A stretch of DNA of 64,000 bases. It comes from Selaginella moellendorffii (taxonomy: Eukaryota; Plantae; Lycopodiophyta). A program made the translations under genes and the position numbers. Shown in pieces: positions 1-9,369 of this stretch. How positions within the stretch are numbered: the stretch's first letter is position 1; each line of letters starts with the position of its first letter. The stretch covers positions 70,336 through 134,335 of the forward strand of contig NW_003314344.1 in assembly GCF_000143415.4 (NCBI RefSeq), read 5' to 3'. Under the pieces are notes generated by a model that was given only the letters and a program-made list of their open reading frames with translations, did not search any database and was not told the DNA's origin.

Positions 1-402
1 GCCCCCCCCCCCCCCGCCCCCCCCCTGGGAGATGCACGCTTTGGGCTTTCACCCCTTGACCCGTATTAGTACTTGGACTTAGTCTCTAGCTCGATCTCAG
101 ACTCGATCTCAGATCCGACTTCGAATTCGGTCTCGGACTCGATCTCGGACCCGACCTCGGACTCGGTCTTGGACCCGATTTCGGATCTCGGACTCCGTCT
201 CGAACTCGGTCTCGAACTCAGTCTCGAACTCGGTCTCCGAGTTGACCTCGAACTCGATTCCGGACTCTATCTTGAACTTGGTCTCCGAGCCGGTCTTGGA
301 CTCGATCTCGGACTCGGTCCCATCCGATAAACTCTTTATCATTTTGGTCATGCTTTCGGGGATCCTTTAGCTTACGACACCTCGGGGAGTTGGTTCCTTA
401 CA
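1..402 (-). mobile_element. Partial LTR of Ty3/gypsy family A (5' or solo LTR running off the window edge)
   Basis: Reverse complement of the first ~400 bp of the LTR at 46429. Begins TGTAAGGAACC on the minus strand at 402. No PPT next to it; the flank is MULE relic sequence. Confidence 0.9.
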
Positions 403-1410
403 CCTAACATCACTCCTTCCAACTTTCACTATCCAGAGTTTGACTACCATTATATTCCATAATATTGGAGAAGAACTAAGGAACATGGAGTGGAGGAGGT
501 GTTAGTTGTTATGCAAATAAATCTAGTGCCAGAGGTTGAGAAGATTATTACTTATAAGCTAGTTTCTCATATCAATTGGGCAATTTGAAGAGTCAATATT
601 AAGAGCAATGCAATGATTGGGAGTTGAGGTTAATATTTTACATTTGTGTGCTTAAATTCAAGTTTTTTAGCAGTATCATGTTTTTGGGGCTGTCAAGATC
701 TAGGGGTAAAGGGTTGTCAATCAAGCTAGATTTACTATTGTGGGACTAATATTACTCATACAAGCTGGATCCACAATTCAATCATCTTGAAGCCATATTC
801 TGTGCTAGAAGAATGGCTAGTTGAGTGAAGCTATAATCTTTTGAAAGAAGAGACTTAAAGTCTTGAGAGAGTAGATTTCAAGCTAAAGACTTCCTCAAAT
901 ATTGTTGTTAATACTACTATGCCACCAATGTCAACATTAGACCAGCATACATGACTAGCTAGAAATAGGAAGGCTATACAATATAAATCTTTCATTTCAA
1001 AAGGTGCACAAAAGAAAGTCAAGTTGGTGGAGTTGAAGTGCACAATCACAAGGATAAACTACATCAATGCTATGGCTAAAGAGTTTGTAGTTATGACTAA
1101 ATTGTCAAAGGGTACCCGCCAGTAATGCCTAACTACACTGTTAGAATCTATTAAAATCCATCTTGTACTTATTTAAATTTTACACAGAGGGAGAACATAT
1201 TTAGCCTACAAGCACATTTATTACATTTTTATGCAAGAATCAAACCAAGATCCTAAGATTGACCATCACATCTACTAGGCAAGCTTTACAATTGTGGAGC
1301 TTGAAAAGTTTTTATTGTTAGGACTATATTTATATTTGTATTTTATTGGTCAAATTTACTTTGAAAATATAGATTAAATCAAAATTTGAAAGATAAAAAA
1401 ATGTTGGTTC
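403..1410 (+). pseudogene. Degraded 3' part of a MULE-like transposase gene with SWIM zinc finger
   Basis: 403-500 and 1080-1410 align by eye with the reverse complement of 24040-24480, which encodes the SWIM motif CTCPDF...CKH. Many stops and frameshifts. Confidence 0.65.
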
Positions 1411-1502
1411 AATATCATCCTGGTGTATATCTAGAATTGGCCAAGCAATGGAGTTGCTGTTAAGTAGTATATAAACTACTGGGTTAGATTGGCATTGCAA
1501 AA

Positions 1503-2110
1503 TTGCCCCCCGAGGCACAATGGCAATTAGAATGGGTACATAAACATTTATATATCAGTGGAGTTGATAAAGTAGACAATATGCCTATTTTCTTTTGCAA
1601 AGAGTTAGCCCGGGGAGAAGCACTTGCACGGATGGATAGTGAAGACTTCTCACTTGCAGTTTCAAAATAATAATATCTCTAAAACACCTGAAACAATTGT
1701 GAAACAATTGTTCGAAGACCACTTCTACAAGAATTCCCACCTCAATGATCAAAACTCCCATACCTTATAGGAATCTACAAAGTGCATAAGAACCAAATGT
1801 GATGGTTAACGAACGTGGATAAATGTGTGTTTTCGAAAATAACAATTTACATAATAGCTATCCTAAAAGGGATATAAGAGGCACTAAAAACCATAGTTGA
1901 TGATTTCTATGCATGGGCCAAGTTCTTTGAAGAGAAGACAAATGCATGTTGGATCCTCGAATTTACACAAGAATTTACAATAAATCTTCCCGATAGAATC
2001 ACAACAATCTATACTGGGGATATAACTAAATGCTATGAAACAATTCCCTTTGAGGGAGACTAAGGCCTCATGACAGCTATAACACATTTTGTCAACTTAG
2101 CCTTTGTGCA
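1503..2110 (+). pseudogene. Penelope-like element reverse transcriptase relic (Naiad/Chlamys-like)
   Basis: One frame, with stops, reads LEWVHKHLYISGVDKVDNMPIFFCK...LPYLIGIYKVHKNQM*WLTN...CWILE...IYTGDITKCYETIP. This matches the PLE N-terminal DK motif, the K.HK..R motif and RT motif A. Confidence 0.65.
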
Positions 2111-2204
2111 ATAAAACCACCTCCAAAAGAACCTTTTCCTAATTCAAAAAAAGATTGGCAAATTTTAGGGCAAGTGGAAACCTCTATGCTACTTATTGGT
2201 AGAA

Positions 2205-3440
2205 GGGGTTGAGTAGTTTTTGAGTTGAGCTCAAGTCAATAGAAGTCAAATAAAGTTAAAGGAAGTCAATACAATCCCTTAATTAGCTAATGTTTAATAG
2301 CACTATCTTGGTTTGTCCCGAACCAAGGCCTTTAGCTCAAAATTTTGGTCTTTAAGGTATTCCATAAACTTACATAGATTCTTTGTTTGGCAATCTTTTT
2401 GTCTACAAAGAAAGAAAATAATCTATAATTAATATTAAAATCAGAACATATTTAGTCTTCTTCTGCTTCTATGTCTAGAAAAGAAAGAATGGGTATAGTA
2501 GAATGCTACCTCACCATAGGCTCATGTTGTATGTAATGTTGTGCCATGTGTCTAGCATAAACAGGTAAATTGAATTGACTTTAGTCCATATTATCATCAA
2601 TATCATCATGATCAAGCATGTGGACTAAAACACTTCGTATGACAAATGTGAACCTCAGGATATAGAACTATTTGAGAATAAATATTATACATTACTTCAA
2701 ACACTAACATCACTTATGGCAAAATCTCCCAAGAATATCTTCAAAAGTACACTCTGCCGTAGCATCAAGCACAATCCCTTTTAGAGGACAGAATAACTCT
2801 AGCAAGATTTACATAACCATGACCAAATAATGTTGAGAGCCAAGGAACACTCAATGAAAAACCTTCAAGTAAATCACATTCAGGATCATATTTATAGAGT
2901 TGTTGTATCTTAGTAAAGCAAGAATAGCACACTTATCAGCTTGTATGGCCTTACAACAGTTCTAAAATATGATATAGAGCATGGTAATTCCAAAAATAAA
3001 CTTGGAAAACAAATAGAAAGGAGTTAATTTATAAATAAAGAAATCACACACTTTATGCTTCTACCCACTAGAGCCTTTTGTGTCCATTGCTATACTCAAA
3101 ACAAGGCAGCCAAATGAAAACTCCACAAATTCATCATCATTGTTAGCCAAGTGTGCAAGAAAGCCTTCCCACATTAGACAGAGGGGAAGGATTATGACAA
3201 CCATGCCTTCATATGTCATAAAGCTACTCACAACCTGTAAGGTTTAGGAAATGTGTTGGGCTTGGAACACATTCTATGAGGGAGTATCCTTATGCATTAG
3301 TGGCATCCCATTGGGAAGATTAAAGAAGATGAAATCAATTTTCCCATAAAAAATAAGTTAACCAAACCATGGATCTACCGATCACGTATGCAGAGCTCCT
3401 AACTAGTTGCATTTAGAAGCTGTATGTAATCCTTAATAAG
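2205..3440 (+). mobile_element. Possible 5' terminus and decayed body of another MULE-like copy
   Basis: GAGTTGAGCTCAAGTCAAT at ~2222 resembles the reverse complement of the terminus at 60085-60125. The interior is AT-rich and only vaguely coding. Confidence 0.35.
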
Positions 3441-3914
3441 ATCCTTTTCTTTATAGTGATACATCCTATTATCTAATGTAATTAGCTGCATATATGGCTT
3501 TTACATTTTATTGCTTGTTTTATTTTTTTAAAGTTCTTTCTTTTTTCCAGATTAGTTACTAAACTTTTCTTTCCATTGAGATATTGTTTATCGTTTCTTC
3601 ATTATTTCCAAGTCTCTCATGGTAGTTATAAGAGGTATAAGAGGATGCAATGTTGTTTATTCCATTTTGGAGGTCCATCCCATGGACAATGCATAGAAGT
3701 ACAAAACAAGGAACGGAAACTGACTGATGTTGAATAGTCTGAAATGTTTTACTTAGTATCGTCCAGCAGTAGACAAAGTATGCAAGTGGATTTTGTTACA
3801 TGCCCTGTCACAGGAGTTGATAGGAACTCGGAGTTCAGAGACCTGAAGCAGTTACCCAAAAGCTGACGTCCAGCAAACAGTTAAATCAGGTCAGCTATTT
3901 GATGGTGAAACTTG

Positions 3915-5876
3915 TCACTCGAACGAAATTCTACCATCCCAATTCCTGACAGCTGCATGGAAGACCTGCTTGCGTCCTCCAAAGTCTATGAAACATACCA
4001 CCACAGTCTCACTCTTGGTGTCGAAAGTAACTCCAACGAACATCACTCCTCCATTGTCTGGCGTCAGTTCCTCAGCTTGCTTGTCTATGGAGAAATTTAT
4101 CATAAAGACTTGAGCCGAGTGCTGCTTGTTGTAAGTCTTTGCCCTTTCATGGTGGTCTGACAGACTCTTTTTGTCACCATTCACCTGAAATTCAAACCCA
4201 AACTTTGCACCACCATTCGTTACAAGCGTGTCAAGGCACCTCTGAGATTTCCGTCTCTTCGCCCCAAGTTTCTCCCTTACCTCTGGAAGGACGACCAAGT
4301 GACGTTGTGGGTATGCTTGCCGCAACACTGCTTTGAGCCTACACATAAAGGCAAATTGGTAAACATACTCGGATGGCCCATCCGAGTTCTTGCTCTCCAG
4401 CCTTTGCAACGCTTTCATGTCCATTGTCTGGACAACCTGGACGATCAACCACTTGTGATCCAACTTCCTCTGGCTGGGCGGTCCCTGCACCTTGTCACTC
4501 CTGATTTCACACTCCCTCAACATGGCCATCAGCAACAATGGGGAAGAGATCCCCACATAGTAATCACCAGCTGCATTTACCCGCTTCACAGCCAAAACAC
4601 CCTCTGCAAGCAAGTCACGGACTTTATGAAGGTTACAACGCCTTTCCACCTTCTCCAGGAAGCCAAGTAGAAGTTTGTAGCCATCAGGAGTACGAGCACG
4701 GATCTTGAACCTGTCTACAATCCTGCTGTAGGTGTCCTGCTCAAAGACGTAAGTCCCCAGCTCATAAGAATCCACGCGTTCCAACCACTTTACGTAGCTG
4801 AACAACTCCAATCGCAGGACGAACGCCAAGCACGTGCCAACAAGTCCCTTGTGGCCGCAAGTAAGCTCCAGTATTGAGGCTGCAATCTGCTCCACATCTT
4901 GAACCGCACCGTTGTAATCCATGTTCACCTGTTCCAGCAAGTCGACAATGTCGTGCAGCTCAAAGCCCGTCGTCATCACGGAATAATCCTGCGGAAACGG
5001 ACGGGGCCCTTGTCCTGTTGCTGCTGCTTTCTGGAGGGAGCCCTCCAACAAGCTTCTTGCGTCAATCAGGTCCTTCACTGTCTCAACTCCGATCAAGAGG
5101 AACGATCGAAGGTTGAAGCTCTGCTTTAGCTCACGAACCGTTGACAAGAAAGAGTCCAGGCACTCCGAAGATAAGTTGAGGAGTGCATCGGCTTCGTCCA
5201 GAAGTAGGCAAATTGGAGTCGTCAACCTTGCATTGTGGAACAGCGACATGAAAGCCAATGAATCTGAACCGGCAGCGTCCTGGAAGTGCTGAGGACAAGC
5301 CAGCTTCAGGTAGCGAATGAGTGTACTCCACAGGTCTGACGTTGTCCAGTTGATGTTTGCATCTGCTAGTCCACCCAGATAAACTGGCCACACAACGCCT
5401 GCACTCTTGAGCTGCCGCATGATAGCCCGGGCTACAGTCGATTTACCGCTCTGCCTCGGACCCAGCAGCACACAGTACCTCCCTACTTCCAGATCGGCTA
5501 CAATCTTGTCAACGTCAGGCTGCACGAAGTAATGATTTGCAGGAGTCACGGCGTGCCCAACACCAAATACTCTACGATGGGTGTATGATGATAGGGCCTG
5601 GTCGCCATCTCCTGCGAACACGAAGAGTTTGAACTAAAGCTTGCAAAGATTCATTCGCTTACGTGATGTTTCAGCTTTGAAAGCACGAACAATGAAAGCC
5701 TGAAGCGCATAACGTCCTGGGAGGGTGCGTTCCAGGAACGAAGGAATTTCAGCCGCCACCTTCAACGCGTGGACTGTAACAAAACCAGCCCTTGCCATCC
5801 TTGAGAGGTCATCTTCAGTAAACATGGATAACTCCGCTTCCTCGAGCACATGCTGCAGCACGATCCTGACGGCATC
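3915..5876 (-). CDS. Crinkler-type header + NTPase + restriction-endonuclease-fold portion of the gene
   Basis: Walker A GPRQSGKST, Walker B ICLLLDEAD, a sensor-like strand FLLIGV and TCGHKGLV (GxP-equivalent). C-terminal SEYVYQ...LPEV...LDTLV...FGFEF...HHERAKTY resembles an REase motif set. The 51-nt intron 5662-5612 (GTAAGC...TTCGCAG) removes the TAG between two same-frame ORFs. Confidence 0.85.
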
Positions 5877-6469
5877 CTGGTATGGACGATTTTTAGAATT
5901 CGCAAGACAGATATTCACCTACATTGGATGGGAAGAGTTCCGCTGACTCGTATCCGGGCGTAACCTTCAGGCAAATGCTGTCAGTCGGTGTAGGAAAGCC
6001 TTCGCCGTTGAAGACGTGGCCGAGGTGCCGACCACAGGCTGCACATGTTATTTCGATCCTGTGTCCTTCAGCGTCCACCTGAATTGGCTCACAAACATGT
6101 TCAAGCTCAAAATGAGGCCCTGGTATTACCGTTCTGTTAATGGCACCAGGAAGCCCCTCGTAGATGCAATCGGAGTCAGTGGTGGACTTGTATAACGGTG
6201 TTCCGCAGCCAGCACAGTTGTGCACTCCATCCTCATTGTGCTTTCCTGTTCCTGTTCTCCTGCGCAGGACACAGGCAGGAATTGGAGCCGGAAAGAGCTG
6301 AGGGAAAGACTTACTTGATTCGCAGAGTCTGTTCAGGGTTGAGAACTGCCCTCCACTCCTCTTCTCTCCGCTGCTGTCCCAAAGATATGGCCCTACATTG
6401 CAAAGAATGCCGAAGCAAAGCTGGCTGAGCTGCAGGATGCAACACGAAAACAGCGCTTAACGCCGCCAT
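3915..6469 (-). CDS. Predicted 5-exon chimeric gene (~783 aa): leader + MsrB-derived Zn domain + SAM-like header + P-loop NTPase + PD-(D/E)xK-like nuclease (Crinkler/RHS-type)
   Basis: Exons 6469-6315, 6259-6130, 6078-5923, 5876-5663 and 5611-3915. GT-AG introns of 55, 51, 46 and 51 nt. The spliced length is 2352 nt (784 codons) with no internal stop. The intron joining MsrB to the header (5922-5877) is the least certain. Confidence 0.65.
5923..6469 (-). CDS. msrB: Methionine sulfoxide reductase B-derived domain, catalytically defective
   Basis: EEEWRAVLNPEQ, NCAGCGTPLYKSTT, YEGLPGAINRT and IEITCAACGRHLGHVFNGEGFPTPTD are close to plant MsrB. The GWP and RxCxN motifs are absent. Confidence 0.88.
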
Positions 6470-6600
6470 GACTTAGAAAATTAGGGTAAACCCTTTTGCC
6501 CTAGAACACTCATGTACGGAAACAAACTCTTCCGTACTGTATATGGCACGGAAAAGACAAAGTAGCTTGATTGGCTCAACGCGGGTGGTATGATGGCCAC
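6470..6600 (-). promoter_or_regulatory. Candidate proximal promoter of the chimeric gene
   Basis: Telo-box-like AGGGTTTACCCTAA ~12-25 bp upstream of the ATG and AGCCAATCA ~100 bp upstream. Motif evidence only. Confidence 0.3.
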
Positions 6601-7379
6601 GACTGCTACAGTTTGGTTTCCAAGACTGAAGAGGCCACTCAAAGTAGAGACTCTGCACTGTGTGGATTATTCCACATATGGATACTGCAGTATACATGGT
6701 ATACATGGTCACCATCTCCACAATGGGCATATAAACAGCACCATCAACCAGGCACTTGAAACCTGGTTTGCTCCAAGGCAGAGCTGGGATACATAGACTG
6801 TGATATGCATCTCTCAAGTATGGGGATCCCTGGAAATGAAGAACTCTACAAGCTTGATGAGATGAAACCATCAATTGATCTAAGGCCAAACTCTCTGGCT
6901 GGTGACAGAAGATCAGCACATTACTTTTCCATCCACATTCTTCTTCATGAAGGCAAAATCCCTATGCTTGGATCTTCAATGCCTTTTGTTGAGCTGATGA
7001 GGAACCTACTGGAACTTGCTTGAATCTAGGTAGGCTACAATGTCCTATAAAGTTGTTGGGACCACAAAGGAGGTAACTTTAGCAACCAAGAATTTGCTCG
7101 GATCCATTACATGCTTTCACCGCGTGTGAAAAACTCTTGGATTGCCACATTCCAAAATAGGATATTCCAGTGGGGGACTCAAGAAGCTTCATGCAAGACA
7201 AGCAATCCAAAAAAAGATTTCCATATTTGCATATGTATACTACAAGGACACAAACACCTACTTTGCTTGATTCATCTTTGCAATCCCCAAGTTCTCGGAG
7301 CTCACTCCTCTGAGTGGTGGACAAAGTGATCTAGCATGGCCTTCTTAGAACTGGTCACTGTAAAAGAAAGGTTAACACA

Positions 7380-9369
7380 TTAAAATAGACATTAAAATGG
7401 ATATAAGCTCCATTAAGAAAGTGACAAAATCACTCCCAAGGTGTAAACAATAGCTATTGCTTCTTTTTCCGCATCCATCCACATAGTTATTCTCAATCTT
7501 CTTGAACGAATGTGAGGCAAGTATGTTGCATGTGGTGGCTTGCTAGGGTCTAAATGCTGGCAAAGGCATACTCCAAAAACCTGTGCTCCAGTCATGATGT
7601 AAATCTCAAAAGGAAGTGTTCACTCTAGTGACTAGAGAACTAGGGCCGTGTGTAGTGACTACTTCAGCAAATCAAAGATTTATTGATGGCTCTCACCGCA
7701 TACAAATGTAATGTTGTGTTGTAGCAGAGCTATCAAAGGCTGTGAATATGTAGCATATTTGTGGAGGAAATGGCAAAAGAAACCCATTTTCTTGATCAAG
7801 CCACAAAGCTGCTTTAAGTTGGTTGGCAGGAGCTAATCCAAAATCTCATAAGCCTTGGCTGTCTAGGGCTTGATCCCATCTTGTGAGACATTAAAGCCTA
7901 GCAACTGGCTTTCAGTCATCCCAAATTTACACTTTGCTAGGTCCAAATAAAACTTGTATTGTCAACAAGTGAAAATTTGTTCCAAGTGCAATGCAAATGG
8001 TGGCTATTGAAAGAGTTAGAGGCCATGCACAAATCATCCATGTACACCCTGAAGGCCTCTCCAATCAAGTCAAGAAAGGCATGAGTCATAAAGTGCTGAA
8101 AAGTAACTCTAGCATTACATAACCCAAATGGTAGAACAAAATACCCTAAGGTGTCCGAAAGGTTATAAGATCTTGATGGTGAGGATGAATGAAGGTCTGG
8201 TTATACCTTGAAAAACTATCCATGAAAGAGTAGTAACGGTGTTTAGCCATCTCATCCACAATCGCATTGATAAATGACATTAGAAGTGATCTTTTATAGT
8301 TGCCTTGTTCAAATCTCAAAAGTCAATATAGAGGTAGAGTTTTCCATTTGCCTTGCTTGTAGGGATGAGGTTGGCCACCCACTTGGATTTCTCCAAAGGG
8401 TAAATAAAGTTGGCTGCAAGAAGTCTTTTAATCTCTGACTTCATTTCCAAATGAGCTGCTAGGCTGAAATGTTGCATCTTTTGACAAATTGGTTTGGCTG
8501 ACTTAGAAAGCGCAATGCTATGCATAATTGTGTTCATAGGGACTCCTGGAAGTTGGCTGTAGTCCCAAGCAAACAAGTCCTTGAAACAGTGAAGGAGATC
8601 CAAGATCTTTGCTGCATTTATTAAAGTAAGTGATGTGGTGATGAAGACTTGATTTTTGTCATCACTGAGGAAAATAGCACAAACCTTGGAGTTTGGAGTA
8701 ACCTTGGGTTTAAAGGGCTCATCTCTCTCAGCCTCGTAAATCTGTCTACCCAAAAGTTTTTGTCATGAGGAACACTTCAAACAGAAATATGAGAGACTTA
8801 TTCTTTATATTAATTGCATGCTGCTATAGCTCTTTTGTTAGGATCCTATCCCTTACATCCTAACCCAACTAGTTAAAGGGGTAATCATTTGATTGTAGGG
8901 CCCTTTCTTTATGCTATTATCCTGATTTAGTGCCTAACAATCCTCCCCTTGTTAAGGAATGATTGTCTGTGATCATACTTAAGCCACCCTTCGGTCATTA
9001 TGGTCTTTCTTTTAGAGTCTACTAAACCTTAGTTCTCCCTCTAAATCCATGTTGAATATTCCTTTAGAATATTCTTGCCCCACTCATCAGTCACGAAAAT
9101 CAAATTAGGCTTTGATACCAATGTTAGGATCCTATCCCTTACACCCTAAGCTAACTAGTTAAAGTGGTGATCACTTGATTGTAGGGCCCTTTCTTTATCC
9201 TATTATCCTGACTTGGTGCCTAACATTTTTTAGGTTCTTTTTGTGGATCTGGTATTCTCCAGTAAGTTAGTGTATGATGAGTTGCACATCTCTAACAAAA
9301 GTGGCTGGCCTAAACTTGAGATCTACTACCAACTTCACAGTGTTGATAGTTGCCAAGTACTCCACTTTA
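7380..9369 (-). mobile_element. Decayed Tat-like Ty3/gypsy pol (aRNase H remnant, RT, RNase H), left arm
   Basis: EKSKWVANLIPTSKANGKLYLYIDF*DLNKA, VYMDD near 8035-8046 and AEKEAIAIVY. Mirror of 33626-35590. Confidence 0.85.
8836..9225 (-). mobile_element. TRIM (terminal-repeat retrotransposon in miniature), 390 bp
   Basis: 104-bp TG...CA repeats at 8836-8939 and 9122-9225. On the minus strand, PBS TGGTATCAAAGCC (9120-9108) and PPT AAGGGGAGGAT (8950-8940). Flanks TCTTT/TTTTT. Confidence 0.9.

Noticed and set aside
5893-6225. Functional stand-alone msrB as given by the ORF track
   Set aside because: The GTG start is internal to an exon, VIPGPHFELEHVCEPIQ is a read-through 51-nt intron, and the catalytic RxCxN motif is missing.
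3915-6225. Bacterial defence operon or contaminant
   Set aside because: The ORFs are linked by canonical spliceosomal introns and are duplicated together with plant retrotransposons.
6600-7370. 148-aa ORF or LINE relic upstream of the gene
   Set aside because: No recognisable domain in the ORF. Only a weak NLVCSKAELGYID resemblance to LINE ORF2, too little to call.
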